Positions 23,421-38,160 of a stretch of DNA of 64,000 bases are shown in pieces. The stretch is from contig NC_043003.1 of NCBI RefSeq assembly GCF_006345805.1, positions 23,436,001 to 23,500,000 on the forward strand. Direction: 5' to 3'. The translations under genes were made by a program, and so were the position numbers. Each line of letters starts with the position of its first letter. The first letter of the stretch is position 1. The DNA is from Octopus sinensis (lineage: Eukaryota). The notes beneath the pieces are model-generated. The model was not told the DNA's origin, searched no databases, and worked only from the letters and a program-made list of their open reading frames with translations.

Positions 23421-23889
23421 GACAGAGGACAGGCAGATAGGCAGAGGAATAATTTGGAAAAATTAGAAAGATCATAGGATATAAATGATAATGTGAAATA
23501 TATAAAAACAAAAATGAGAACAGTAAGTGATTAATTAATGTTATTTCAGTTAGGTTTATAAGTACAATAGACTTTCTAATTTTGTGATAGACGCGAGTCT
23601 TTTATTAATTTGATATATTTGTGGAGAGTGCGGCACAGGTTTCGAACATTCCAAATTACTCTGTTTCTTTGGAGGAACAACACGAAACGTTGTATTTCTA
23701 ATCCTTTTTTAATATCATCCACCTCACCTTAAAAACAATCATACGTAAAATCTTCGAAAGAAATATTAATAAATATTTTTATAAAATATAGAAATTATTT
23801 CTTTCTCACCTTAACTTCCTCCACTCTAACGCCATCAATTCACAAATATCCCCGTTCAGAAGCCAATAAAGAGGTCTCATAGTCAATTA

Positions 23890-24465
23890 GTTGTTTCAGT
23901 CATTGGACTGTGGTATATGCTGGAGCACCGCCTTTTAGTCGAAGAAATCGACTTATTTTTTGTAAGCCCGGTGCTTATTCTATCGGTCTCTACTGACGAA
24001 CCGGTTGTCATGCGATGGTTGTGGGGCATAGAGATACAAAAACACATATGAATACACACACACAGACACACACACACATATATATATATGACGAGCTTCT
24101 TTCAGTTTCTTTTTTCTTATTTCTTTACTGCTCACAAGGGGCTAAACTTAGAGGGGACTTACAAGGACACACAAAGGGATTAAGTCGATTACATCGACAC
24201 CAGTGCGTCACTGGTACTTAATTTATCGACCCCGAAGGGATGAAAGGCAAAGTTGACCTAGACGAAATTTGAACTCAGAACGTAATGACAGAGGAAATAC
24301 CGCTAAGCATTTCGCCCAGTGTGCTAACGTTTCTGCCAGCTCACCGCTTTCTTTCAGTTTCTGTCTAACAAATCCACTCACAAGGTTTGCCTAAGGTGCC
24401 ACGCAGCGGGACTGAACCTGGAATCATGTGTTTGGGACGCAAGCTTCTTACCATACAGCCACGCA
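23890..24465 (-). mobile_element. tRNA-derived CORE-like SINE (family B) interrupted by a family A SINE
   Basis: Minus-strand head GGCTGTATGGTAAGAAGCTTGC..GGTTCAGTCCCGCTGCGTGGCACCTTAGGC; body homologous to 39440-39848. Confidence 0.8.
24111..24348 (-). mobile_element. Family A SINE nested in the family B SINE, with 14-bp TSD
   Basis: TTCTTTCAGTTTCT at 24097-24110 and 24349-24362; head GCGGTGAGCTGGCAGAAACGTTAGCAC on minus. Confidence 0.9.
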
Positions 24466-24944
24466 ATGTTTTCATTTATTTAAGATCAAAAAGTTGTTTA
24501 AATAAAAACCTTCTGACTCAAACTACAAATCGCTTCCAACATATACAATTAGAACTGTCCAATCATCCAAGCAATATCGCAAACAATCTAACTGAAAACA
24601 TTACTTTACCTTTATCTAGCCTATCGCATTTCTCTCTCATTATTTTCAAGTCTGCAGTGTCGACTAACAAATCTGATTCACCACTGATAACCGTCTCCCT
24701 CTTCTTTATACAATTCCATTCACTTCCCACTTTTAATCTCTCACCTTTTCTCATTTTCCTCTATTGCTATGCATCATTCTTCAATTACCAACTCTCATGT
24801 AACAATAACATTCAATACTTTCTGAAAAGTTTCTTAAATACAATTTAAAATTTGAAATATAAATAACACCAATTATGATACTCCATTCAAAATATTGATT
24901 TTTTTTATTCTGTCTAGTCTGTACCTACAGTTCAATAAGTTCAT

Positions 24945-24982
24945 TTTATACAATATATATGTAAATATATATATACATATAT

Positions 24983-25025
<43 letters not shown>

Positions 25026-25055
25026 ATATATATATACACACACATACATATATAT

Positions 25056-25147
<92 letters not shown>

Positions 25148-25369
25148 CATGCATATATTGGTAGAGGACATCAAAAACACGTTGAACAAAATGAGAAAGG
25201 AAAACATAAAATCAAAAACATACAAAAACACAAAAACATACACCAACCACGAATATGTAAATATGCATGTGTGTGTGTGTGTGTGTGTGAATATGAGTGC
25301 GTGCGTTTGTGTATGTGTTTGTATGCACGTGTGTGGGTGTTCATGTATTTGTGTACATATACGTTTGCG

Positions 25370-25426
<57 letters not shown>
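24945..25426. repeat. (TA)n/(CA)n/(TG)n microsatellite field
   Basis: Direct inspection. Confidence 0.85.
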
Positions 25427-25430
<4 letters not shown>

Positions 25431-25880
25431 TTATGGGTGGCTTGTCTGGTATTCTTTGAAGGAATCTATCCAGACTCTGTTTGAAGTTGATGGGATCCTT
25501 TTCCTCTTTGATCTCCCTCGGGACAATGTTAAATAGGGCAGGGCCTGTTGAGGAAAAGAAATTATGTTGCAGTGTACATGTATGTTGTGATCTTGAATTT
25601 GGCAGGGGACGTATAGCCCGTGGTCCAAGTCTCGGATGAACCTTGAAGCTAATGTTTAGGTCGTTTGGGCAAAGTTGGCGGTATATTTTCCACATCGTAC
25701 AAATGATGTACCGCTCACGGCGACGCTGGAGGGAGTAAAGTTTCAAGGCTTTAAGGCGATCCCAATAGTCGAGAGCAGCCATGCCTTCAATTTGTTTAGT
25801 GAGAGCCCTCTGGGGTGACTCAATTCTGGAGATGTTTTGTCTTGTGTGAGGAGACCACAGTGGGCAGCAGTATTCAATAT
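25427..25880 (-). mobile_element. CR1/L2-group LINE, ORF2 C-terminal fragment
   Basis: IEYCCPLWSPHTRQNISRIESPQRALTKQIEGMAALDYWDRLKALKLYSLQRRRERY...[28 protein letters not shown]. Confidence 0.88.
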
Positions 25881-26499
25881 ATATACATAACTCTATTAAT
25901 CGCTAACAAATTTCAGTAAGTCTGGTTGTGCTACCATGGTATGTGGTCACTGAATGCTTAGTCCATCATATGGACCCAAGTTGTTGCTTCAATATGATAC
26001 ATAATTCATCGATTTGCATGGATAGAAATGCTAAATTGCAGTATAAGAAATAAAGAACACACAACTATTACAAAACACTGACATATCACTACATAGATAT
26101 CATTGTACATACGATAGTGTCCTGTATTGTTTCTTGTTATTAAATTATTACTAAAATACCATTATAAGGTATCAGTAAATCTCAAATATATATCGTGTCT
26201 ACAATTATATTATAGGGGAATTGGTGAGATGTCTACATGGTTAGCCGTTAGTTTGAAATGTTTTTTTTCTGTGTTTTTAAGATTTTTAGCTTGCATAGAC
26301 TAGTTCAGTTTTTCAGCTCAGTATTTGGTCTATTGTGGTTATGGTTTTAGCGAAGTTCAAAGCAGCTAAAAGAATAGGTTTTGTTATTGACGTGTAATAA
26401 TCCCCTAAGCGAAACCATTTAGCATGAATATACTCTTTCAGAGAGAACCATATCAAAGTAACAACAAATCCTGCCAAAAACTTTACTGACGCATCCTTC

Positions 26500-26830
26500 C
26501 ACATCTTCGCATTTAGGGCCCAAAGTCGACTTCGGCGGAATTTGAACTCAGAGCGTAAAGACGGAGAAATACTGCTAAGTTTCGTCTGGCGTTTTAACGA
26601 TTCCTACAACATGCCGACTTACAGTTTATTAACATGGATTTTAAATTGAAGCACAAGGCCAGCAATTTCGAGAAATTGGGTAAGTCGATTACATCGACCC
26701 CAGAGCTCAACTTTTATGGAAAGAATAGCGGACAAAATCAACCTAGGCGGAAACTGATCTCAGAACGTAAAGATGGACGAAATGTCACTAAACATGTTGC
26801 CCGGTGCGGTAACGATTCTGCTGGATCACT
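26500..26830 (-). mobile_element. Two degenerate family A SINE fragments
   Basis: AAAGTCGACTTCGGCGGAATTTGAACTCAGA and AAGTCGATTACATCGACCCC blocks. Confidence 0.7.
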
Positions 26831-27151
26831 GTTTACAGCATGTTTATTGTGACTGAGCTAATTCTTTAGGGAATTTTTGAAAGATATGTTCATGCTTACG
26901 ATACCACCTTGCTATTTCTGTGTCTGGATATAACTTGTCAAACGCACTGACATATTACTACATACAGTAGATATAATTACAACAGTTATATCCTACCACT
27001 CTGTTTTGCTTATTTTATTGATATGCGCACCTATCCATGTCAAAAATAGACGTAGGTTCTACTACTATCAGTTTTATATCTATACCACATTTTCTGAACT
27101 CCATGCAATATAGTGTTAAATATTTCAGCTCTTTGTGGCTTTACTGAATAG

Positions 27152-27330
27152 TAGGATGAATCTTTTTTGTGCAAAACTGTTGCGTACATTCTCATTCTTT
27201 TTCACATTCTTTGAACATATCTCTGAAAACTAGTGAAGATGAAGCCGCCATAATACTATGTATGTATATATGTATGCATATAGACGTATTAAAAATAAAA
27301 TATCACAGGCATATATATATATCTCGAGGG
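27152..27330 (+). repeat. Copy 1 of a ~178-bp local direct duplication
   Basis: Near-identical to 28716-28892. Confidence 0.9.
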
Positions 27331-28180
27331 ATATATATATACCTTTTTATATATGTATTCTTTTCATATGTTGAAGGCCATGGTAATATTTATATATGAT
27401 CAAATGTATGCAGGTGTGGTGCTATATAAAGTTGTTGACTAGAATTTGATGTTTGTTCTCACACATACACACGCTCATGCAAACAAACACAGTGATAAAC
27501 TGAGGCAATGTCAGCGCACTTCCTCATTCATATTTAAAATATTGAACATTGATTTCTATCTACATTTAGATGTTTATTCATAAAAGCATTTACGTAGCAT
27601 TTCCTTATATGTGTAACATTTTAATTTTCTTTCTGTTTACAACATCGTTAATGGTAACCTTCAATAGCTTTCCTTTAGTACAAAACGATACCCATTGCTG
27701 TATATTGCTTAAGTAATCGGCAAATATTTAAGCTCTACTTTACTTTAGGTTGGGTACGTTTTCCATGACACTTGCGTATATATTGATACACTCTTTGGCA
27801 CACATCTGAATGCACATAACCAAACACATTTACTGAAATTAAATTACAGAATACTCATGTACATACATATAGACAAACACTTCAGAGTTAATTAAGTACG
27901 TACAATCAAACTCTAACATGTAGCTGCATATATTCAACAACAGAGCAAGCACATGAAAATATCTATAAATACTGAAATACAAATATAAGTAATAGTAGAA
28001 GATATAATGTTCAGTTTAAATTTTGAAGTAAAAGCAGTTCTATTAATGTAAACGTCCTGGATATCACATACTTAAAGAATATGTTTTTTGTACTTATTGG
28101 CTGTGAAATTTCCTTTTAAAACATCGTATATCAAACACACACACATACATACATACATACATACATACATACAACATACA

Positions 28181-28214
<34 letters not shown>

Positions 28215-28215
<1 letters not shown>

Positions 28216-28400
28216 GTATAGTTGAAATTTACAGAAAAACAAAAGACAAAGACAGGTGTGTAAACAACAAACACGTGTATAAGTTTAACATTCGGGAAGG
28301 TGATAAAGTCTTTTACGTTTTGAGCCTACGTTCTTCAACGGAAAGGAGCACGTGGAAATAAACAGAGAGAGAATAAAAATGCTTTAGTCAAACATGACGG
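28215..28400 (-). mobile_element. Solo Penelope-like terminus (degenerate hammerhead-like motif)
   Basis: Reverse-complement homolog of 19570-19742; begins TATAGTTGAAATTTACAGAAAAAC. Confidence 0.75.
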
Positions 28401-28431
28401 CCTCTCTCTCTCTTTCTCTCTCCTCTCTCTC

Positions 28432-28472
<41 letters not shown>

Positions 28473-28475
28473 AAT

Positions 28476-28518
<43 letters not shown>

Positions 28519-28530
28519 TATAATATATAT

Positions 28531-28567
<37 letters not shown>

Positions 28568-28620
28568 TATATATATACACATATATATAAACTACTGTTT
28601 ATATATACATACATACATAC

Positions 28621-28652
<32 letters not shown>

Positions 28653-28657
28653 GTATA

Positions 28658-28703
<46 letters not shown>

Positions 28704-28715
28704 TATACATATATA

Positions 28716-28892
28716 TAGGATGAATCTTTTTTGTGCAAAACTGTTGTGTACATTCTCATTCTTTTTCACATTCTTTGAACATATCTCTGAAAACTAGTGA
28801 AGATGAAGCCGCCATAATACTATGTGTGTATATATGTATGTATATAGACGTATTAAAAATAAAATATCACAGGCATATATATATATCGAGGG
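28716..28892 (+). repeat. Copy 2 of the ~178-bp local direct duplication
   Basis: Near-identical to 27152-27330. Confidence 0.9.
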
Positions 28893-29040
28893 TATGAGAG
28901 GTATTGGTGTCAAGAAGATCCGAAGGTGTCACGTAATCCTGAATAAGTGCTATGGACCGACTATATTTAAGCTCCAGGTTCGATAATGATACGAATGATG
29001 AGTCCCACGTAGGTCGTGTATTAGCAGGCATCCTTACGTA

Positions 29041-29092
<52 letters not shown>

Positions 29093-29249
29093 GTATAAAT
29101 ATTATATGTATGTATGTATATATAAACAGTAGTTTGCAATGTTTCCCTACAATGTCACTAAATGCGACTAAGGTGTTAGGGAACACCTAGATTGCTAGAA
29201 GAGTGAAATCGCTCAAATGCTATAGTTAACGCTCATGAATAAAAATATA

Positions 29250-29814
29250 TATATGCTAACCAGAACCATAATCGTCCGGAATGTGCCGATCGTGAATTTG
29301 TAATAGTGACGCGTCGGTTTCGTCAATTTCCGTTGCTTTATCAGTTAAGACAGCTCGTCTTCGGCGCTTTCTGGACTCGCTTTGCCTTTAGTATTTATGT
29401 TTTCGTCATCAAAACAATTGGATGGTTTAGCGATTCCCTAATGTGTATATATAGAATTAATGTAAACAATAGTTTACTTGCTACGTTTGTTTTTGAATGT
29501 AGCGGGCGTTTCAAATGAAAGAAGGCACTCGGTTTAATGTGATAAATATTGCAGAAATAAATGTTTTGCGTTAAGTTTGGTTGACGAGCTTTGAGTATGC
29601 TTTTCAGACAGAAAGCGAAATAAGTTGATCCCGGATTATACGCATTCTGAACAAATTTGTTCATGGGATACCAGCTAAGCCACTGATACTTGGATACACC
29701 TGAGTATCCAATAAACGGGCGAAACTTTACCAAATTGATTCAAACAGGTCATATCGGGTGCTTTTATTAAGCTGGACATGCCCAGGACCAATTTTGGACT
29801 GAAACGTATCAAGG

Positions 29815-29857
<43 letters not shown>

Positions 29858-30185
29858 ATTATATGTATATATATATGTATATATATGTGGGGGTGGGGTG
29901 GGGGTGTACATATATGGGTACAGGACGAAAACAAACATATTTGTTTTCGTTCGGTTTCCCTGTATATCTCCACTGTCCTGTTTTTGTTTCTAACTTTGAC
30001 CCTCCATAAATCCAAAATTTTATTCTGGTATTTGTGGGAGCAACTGATCTCGAAGACTCATACTGTCGTTGATAGCTCGAAATGAGGAGTAGATAGACAA
30101 CTGGTGAAGGATCGTTCTTTGTATTCTTTGTATTACTTGCCTTGTTTTCCATTTTTCTTTCTCGATATTTGCGTACTAAACTCAT
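29250..30185 (-). pseudogene. Highly decayed Penelope-like RT C-terminal/linker remnant
   Basis: SVAPT..IKF, LDL.RVKVRNKNRTVEIYR.T and YNPG..KARQPNL resemble PLE RT thumb/linker motifs; frameshifts and a microsatellite insertion. Confidence 0.4.
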
Positions 30186-30224
30186 TTGTTGTTGTATTTC
30201 ATGTCGTTTACTGTAGGTGACGTC

Positions 30225-30254
30225 CTGTACCCATGTATGCATATATATATATTT

Positions 30255-30288
<34 letters not shown>

Positions 30289-30458
30289 TGTTTGTATATA
30301 TATTTATGTGTGTGTGTATATATCTATATGTTATATATATACATATATGTATATATATATATATATATGTATATATATGTAAATATATACAGACATATAT
30401 GTATGTATACAGATATATATATACATATATGTATACAGATATTTATATGTATGTATAC

Positions 30459-30509
<51 letters not shown>

Positions 30510-31551
30510 GAGAGAGAGAGAAAGAGTATGTGTGTCTGTGTGAGTGTATGTTGTGTGACTATGTGTGTTTTTTTGTGTGCTTATATATAAGTGGTCAGAT
30601 ATGAGCTGTACATCGGCTACGTTATACGTATGCACATTTAGTCAAAGTAAAACAAATTAAGGTATGGAAATGGCCTATACCTTATAAAACCCGGGGCATA
30701 TCACAGAAAAGTTTCTTTACATGTAATGACTATAACAATATATATAACTTATACACTAAAGACATCATAATAAATTTAATTATCATAACTACTATAATTC
30801 ACTAATTCGACCCTGTCAATTGAATTATCACTTAATTTTCACACATGTTTAAGTTACTACGTTCAACCTCATAATAATCCTCCAGAGAATATTTCAAACT
30901 CATTCGTCAAATACTTTTTGAAGAGGCGTTTCCTTCTGTAGAAGTTCATATGAATATTCATAATTCTTTTCTAATTTTCTAATCGAATATTGATATACTT
31001 CACACTATTTTAACAGTTAACACGTTGTTTTATAGCAATATGTTGATCCAATAATTCCTACAGTTTTAGTTCACTGTGATGCGAAAAAATTTATACACTT
31101 GCATTATGCAAAAGTACATAACAGTTGCGAACACCTTAAGTCTAGACATCTGAAGATCGGAAAACGAGAATGCATTTAAAGACCAAACGATCAGATGATC
31201 AATGAATAATTGCTGATGTATAGTAACATGAACTCGAAGAGAAAGTGCATTTCATAAAAGCATTGCAACAATAGCGATTATATTCTCATACGCACACAGA
31301 TGCACATACATACGTATATACATACGTATATACATACGTAAATGCATACATACATTCATACGTTTATACATACATATATCTCTATATCTGGCACTGTTTG
31401 CTTTCCTGTCATTCTCCCTTCTCTCTGTAAATACGTATACAAAGATACATAAGTATACATACACGCATATATATATACGTACACATACACACATATTTAC
31501 ATCTCTAAGTACCTCATATGTCTGAATGTTTTGCGTTGATGTTCCATTTTG

Positions 31552-31589
<38 letters not shown>

Positions 31590-31724
31590 ATATTATATAA
31601 ATTAAATGGAGACAAGAAGTGGAACGAACCGACGAATCGAAACGAACCCGACGCGAGGCGAGGTCAGACAATAATGTAATAAATAAAAAAATATATACAG
31701 ACACACACACACACACACACACAC

Positions 31725-31757
<33 letters not shown>

Positions 31758-31775
31758 TATACACCACACATACAT

Positions 31776-31871
<96 letters not shown>

Positions 31872-33395
31872 GAGTCTGAAAGAGAACACAGGTATAAAGA
31901 CATAAATGTAACTGTATGGACATACGGAAGCATTCGAATTCTTACGAATATATCAGTATTTGATATTTAATATGATGTTTCAACCTTGGGAAATATGATT
32001 TTCAATAACCGGAATGTACAGCGCGTAAATTTCGAGTAATATCACGAAAATATAATAAGCGACGAGTGAAATGTATAAATTTTTGAAGCTGCCATGTTGC
32101 CAATTAATCTTAATTTTGAATATACACGGAAGTTCTGAGTTATGTAAATATACAGAACTACAACCAGCCAGAACTATATAGCAGCTGCACCTGCACACTA
32201 ACATAAAGGCATTTATACATACACACGTACACACACAAAATATACACACAGATACACACATACGTATATAAACATACACATATGTTATGATTATTATTAT
32301 TATCATTATTATTGTTGCTGTTATTATAAGTATAAAATAGGCAGACTAAGTGAAACACAGAGGGTTAAGAAGTAGGGTGAGGAAATGTATACACAATTAT
32401 ATAGATTTTATAAACTACAGCAATAAACGTATATACAAACTATATATATTAATATACATAAATTCGTTCTGTATTCTCACACGGTGAAACGTGTATATAA
32501 ACATATACGTGTACAGGTATACACAGACATGCACACATGGAATACACACACACTCACACACACACACATATATATATATATGCATATACATATATGCAGT
32601 CCATATATATGCATATATATATATATATATAAAAATATATAAATATACATATTTATATATACATATATATATATATATATATACATAGACACACTTATAT
32701 ATACATATATATGAATGTATGTATATATATATGTATATATATGCATGTATGTGTATATATTTAGCATACACACACACGCATATATGTTTAATACATTTGT
32801 GTATTTCTATTTACTTACGCATGTTTATAACCATCTGCAAATATATACACGCTCGTAATATTCATAAATATAATTATGTAAACTGCGATAAATCCGGCCA
32901 TTAAAGGAGAAGCAATAATCTAAACGTAATTATTAGAACATTCTCATAAATTTGGCCATTAAAACGATTCAGTTGCCTTCATGATAGAAAAAAAAGCATA
33001 ATAGAAAAAACGTGTAACTTTCCAATTATATGAACGGAACATTCTGTCGGAATGTCTACGTTATATAACGTGATGAATGACTTTGACTATATATGTGTGT
33101 ATGTGTGAGTGTATATGTGTGCTTGTATAACGGTTGTTTCTATAATATGTGCAAATATATATATATATATATATATATGTTTATATTTTGTTCATACTTA
33201 CATGCATATATATATATTTATATACATATGAATGTGAGCATGTATATGTTTATTTATGTACTGTGTATAGATTTGTATTCATTGGGGCGCCTTCGTTCTG
33301 CAACACGACGATTCGCCATATTTTCCCTCAGCCTGACAGAATAACAGTTTATGCAGACCGTATATACATATGCATATATGCATATATGCGTATAT

Positions 33396-33426
<31 letters not shown>

Positions 33427-33600
33427 CATACACACAAACAAGCATATATATATACGTACATACACACAAACACACACACACGCACATATATATGCATATA
33501 TATGTATATATATATATATATATATATACATACACACAAACAAGCATATACATATATCTATATATACATGCCAACAGAAATACATACTCGCATACATGCT
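30225..33600. repeat. Extended compound microsatellite region with short unique spacers
   Basis: Direct inspection; many YI/CV pseudo-ORFs. Confidence 0.75.
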
Positions 33601-35677
33601 GTCATCTGCATTTGCAAGCTTACATAACGGTATATTTTAATTCTTTCGTCGCTTGCTCAATATTCAGCGGTTAACATGTGATAATTATGCTCGTACATAC
33701 ATTATCATGTGCTGTCATCAAGAACATATTATTGGTATTCCTCAGTTAACAATTCTAACGTGAGTCCATAATAACTCAGGCACTACCCCTCACACACACG
33801 CACACACACATACACGCATCTCTCAGAGATATACTGTTCGTTATGTGAATAAGGCAATTAATTCGTATAGTTTGTACACCATTTATTACGTATAGTCGGA
33901 TGCCAGTCGTGAATAAATGAAAATCAGGTTAGCTATTCAATAAAACCTGACGAGCTTCTGACAGTGTTTGGTCCTAATAGGCAAATATTGTATATGAAAG
34001 GAGAAACTAGAGCAGGCTTATAAGTAACCGTATTCTACTCATTTATATAGAACACGTTTCAGTCTCCAGCTAAATTGACTTTCTTCACAGCTTGATGACT
34101 TATATACACAATACATGCATGAACAGCCTTCACTTCAACCCTTATATTCACTGCGAATGTAGCAACTCATTATCACTGAGGATAATACCTGGTTAAAGCT
34201 CATTCATAGCATAGCTAGGATCGCGTCCTCAGAATTAACCCTTCCCTTTAGAGCCAGAATATAATTCAATATTAATGCCCCTTAAGACATGGCTCGAGTG
34301 AACCCACGATACACTACTGTTTCCGCGTCTGTGACGGTGCTGCTCAACGTATTCGGACAATCTGAATCCCAACCACAGTAAGGCCACTCGGCTAATTGCC
34401 TATTTATGTCTTTTAGTCTCTGTCTCTATGTACCCGCCCGTCTATCTATCACTGTTTCTCTCTGATTCTCTGTCTACACACAGCTACACATACGCCTTAA
34501 CAAGTACGCGTTTTCTTACTTACATCATTCATTTTATTTCCACCACTAGCCTCATAAAACTCTTCTAGTGCAATGCTTTCAACTGTAGAAACAGTCGTTA
34601 GCTACCAAGAATGTTCTTTTGCTATTCATTAATTGATCATAATAGATATATATATATAAGTCAAATACTTTTGTTGCTTGTAAAAGAAACCACAACTTAT
34701 AAGATTATTACTGCTATTGAACAAAAATAAAGGAAGGAAGGAAAGGATCTGTAATTTATCTTCAACTGTTGTTGTTAGACCATATTTCATTTTACTAAAA
34801 GTTTGTTAAAGATTTGATGAAATATATTTTTAAGAAATGTTAACCAATGAAATATTGCAGCTGGTTTAAGAAAATGTAGTTGATGTCATTATTTTTGTTC
34901 TTGTTCCCAAACACGTTAATCATGATCATACAGTCATGATTTACGATTAAACACAGCTATGATTCTCATGTTTTTGGCAAATATATTGTGCGGAAGTTCG
35001 CATTAATCATCTTCCTTGATACACTGCACAAATGTCTACATTATGTAGATAATTTTTCTCATTTTTAAAGACGAGTATGGTGTTGTTTTCAGAGACACCT
35101 TGTTGCTAACTTTTGCAGTTTGACTGGCTGAGTCGATGCTTCCTCGTTGCCTCTTCTTGGTGGGCCTTTCTTAACTTATTAACTATGGTTTCTCGTGCCT
35201 GTGCACATAGCCATGGACACAGAGGTGATGTGTCAAATGGAATGATATGCTCCCAGTAACTAGTTCCAAATATACAAAAGGCTTAGTAACCAACCAATGT
35301 CCAACGTGCAAGCTTACCATTCTGGTTTCTGTGACTTTAAATCGAAGGAACTTACTATATTCCACATCGCTGAACGAGACCAAAGTTTTTCAAAGGGTTG
35401 ATACCAATCAACATAATTTTGACAATAGTGGACAGAAGCAACGTGAAAGAATGTACTTTAATACAAGGAGGCCATGCATCACCCGGTTCGAGAATCGAAC
35501 CTGAAATCATTACCAATTAAGACTATGCCAAAGGGTATACCACAATTGTTCACGCTGTATACCTCATATTTACGCTAACATGCTTCGGATGTTGTTGTTT
35601 CCAACCCAGATGAAGTAGTAAGCATAACAGTATTTTTTGCGTACCTATGACTAAGTTAATGTGTCGTTTTTATATAT

Positions 35678-36062
35678 GGTAGGCACAGGGGTGGCTGTGT
35701 GGTAAGAAGCTTGCTTCCCAACTAGGTCGTCTCAGGTTCAGTCCAACTTCGAGGCAACTTGGACAAGTGTCTTCTATAGCATAGGGCCGATCAAAGTCTT
35801 GTGATTGGATTTGGTAGACGGAAAATGAAAGCAGCCCGTCGTGTATATATATATATATATATATATTGCGGGGTGAGTGGGTGAAACTTTGTGTCTCTGT
35901 TTGTCCCCCCATTACCACTTGACAACCAGTGTTGGCGTGTTTACGTCCCCGTAACCTAGTGGTTCGGCAAAAGTATTCGATAGAATTAGTACTAGGCTTA
36001 AAGAAAAAAATAAGTCGTAGGATCAATTTAAATGACTGATTCAAGTAAAAGAATAAAGAATA
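35678..36062 (+). mobile_element. Family B (CORE-like) SINE
   Basis: GGTGGCTGTGTGGTAAGAAGCTTGC..GGTTCAGTCC..CTTGGACAAGTGTCTTCTA; internal (TA)n as in other copies. Confidence 0.85.
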
Positions 36063-36247
36063 AAGTTTATTGGCCCCTTTTTTTAAATTTAGCATATATT
36101 ATAATACTACCCCACTTTATGCACACCTCACCCCTACACCTCCACTACGCCCCACACCTACCCCATCCTACATTCACATCCCAAACTCCACATCCGCACC
36201 CATCCATACCTACCCCTACATCCCTAAACCAACGCACACCACACAAG

Positions 36248-36904
36248 GTGACAGGTGATGAGAAATGTATTATCTATCGAAATGTTCAGAGAAACCGATC
36301 CTGGAGTGAGCGACATGAGCCACACTTAGCCACCCTAAAAGCGGGTCTTCACCCTAAAAAAGTCTTGCTTTGTGTCTTGTGGGATTGGAAAGGAATTCTG
36401 TGCTATGAGCTTCTCCCAAGTAACCAGACAATTAATTCTGAGAAATACTGCATACAACTGGACAAGTTAAAAGCAGTAATTCAAGAGAAATGACCAGAAT
36501 TGGCCAACAGAGAGGGTGTTGTTCTCTAATACGATAATGCAAGACCGTACATTTCTTTGGGAACCAGACAAAAATTGCTGCAGCTCGGCTGGGATGTGTT
36601 ACCCCACCCTCCATATTCACCAGATATTGCTCCTTCGGATTTCCACTTATTCAGGTCTCTGCAGAATAGTTATAATGGTAAAAATTTCAATTCCTTGGAT
36701 GACATAAAAAAATACCTTGATGAATTCTTTGCCATGAAACCACCTCAATTCTGGGAAGGTGGTATTTTCAAGTTAAAAGAAAGATGGAGACGCATTGTGC
36801 AAGAAAATGGTTCATATTAGTTTGATTAAAAATGTAATGGCAAGTATTTATGGACCTTTTTCTTTCCTTTAAAAATCAGCACGAACTTTCCAGACAACCC
36901 AATA
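36248..36904 (+). mobile_element. Mariner transposon, 5'-truncated (transposase DD34D region pseudogene plus right TIR)
   Basis: VTGDEK..LHPKKVLLCVLWDWKGIL..TINSEKYC.QL..*..DNARP..LPHPPYSPDIAPSDFHLFRSLQN; internal stops; ends CACGAACTTTCCAGACAACCCAATA followed by TA. Confidence 0.95.
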
Positions 36905-37057
36905 TATGTATATAATTATTCAGTTTTATTTCAAGATTTCTTTCCAATAAAGAGTCGGTTTCTAACATAGATCCAGGGCTTATTCATTGAAATTCTAACA
37001 TCATCAAGAGGGTATTTTTGTATGTATGCATGTATATGTGAAGATTAGTATGTTTGG

Positions 37058-37098
37058 TTTCCTTTAAAAATCGGCACGAACTTTCCGGTCAGCCCTAT
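37058..37098 (+). repeat. Isolated second mariner-type right TIR fragment
   Basis: TTCCTTTAAAAATCGGCACGAACTTTCCGGTCAGCCCTATA vs 36864-36904. Confidence 0.7.
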
Positions 37099-37677
37099 AT
37101 ATTCATCTAATGAATGATACTGGGATCATTATGAGTCAACCAATCGACAATGTGACTAACTGAAGTTGACACGAATTTTCTGTTTTTCAAGTGGTGAAAC
37201 GTGTATATCTGATAACATTTCTCTGCATTACTTCTATGTAAAACCAGCTTTTCACTATCGCCTAATATCAGTGAAATATCTTGTTTCGAGACAAACCATA
37301 ACTAAAATAGATAGTTTAGTTAATAGAATATCCAGTAACGTTCTAAAATTATACTGATATTTCTATCTCGGAAATCATTGGTTGGTTTAGTATTTATGTA
37401 TTATGCAGTGTCAAACAGATGCACACAAAATGATGGATATACATTGCACATCATCTAATTTATTTTTATTATATTCGGATCAAATTGATTCTGTCCTATA
37501 AATGCAGAGTTATTATATATTTTGGTATTGTTTCCGAAGAAATCACACTGAAAATATTCAAATATGATTCAACTAGATTTTCTCTAGATGTCGCTGAGGT
37601 GAAGCTTGCCGTGTATACTTACTAAAGTGACACTGTCTCTTTGGAAAGAGGAAGACTGTAATAATAATCAAATGTCA

Positions 37678-38032
37678 AAAGGCGGCGAGCCGGCAGAAAC
37701 ATTAGTACGCCGGGCGAAATGCGTAGCCGTATTTCGTCTGCTGCTACGTTCTGAGTTCATATATGTACCAGTTACGCACTGGAGTCGATATAATCGACTT
37801 AATCTGTTTGTCTGTCCCTGTTTGTCTCTTCTATGTTTAGCCCCTTGTGGGTAGTAAAGAAATAGGTATTTCGTCTGTCTTTACGTTCCGATTTCAAATT
37901 CCGCCGAGATCGACTTTACCTTTCATTCTTTCGAGGTCGATAAATTACGTACCAGTTGCGTACTGGGGTCGATCTGATCGACTGTCTCCCCTCCCCCAAA
38001 ATATCGGGCCTTGTGCCTAGAGTAGAAAAGAA
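37678..38032 (+). mobile_element. Family A SINE with two body modules
   Basis: Head GGCGGCGAGCCGGCAGAAACATTAGTAC; GTATTTCGTCTG module start at ~37730 and ~37866. Confidence 0.85.
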
Positions 38033-38108
38033 TGATCAAATGTCAAAACGTACATAGTATCTTTATGCATATTTGTTTCAACTCACACACATGCAGCACA
38101 CACTCACA

Positions 38109-38160
<52 letters not shown>

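Noticed and set aside
34150-34420. GC-richer unique segment as a possible regulatory element or exon
   Set aside because: No ORF, motif or repeat evidence can be supported from the sequence alone.
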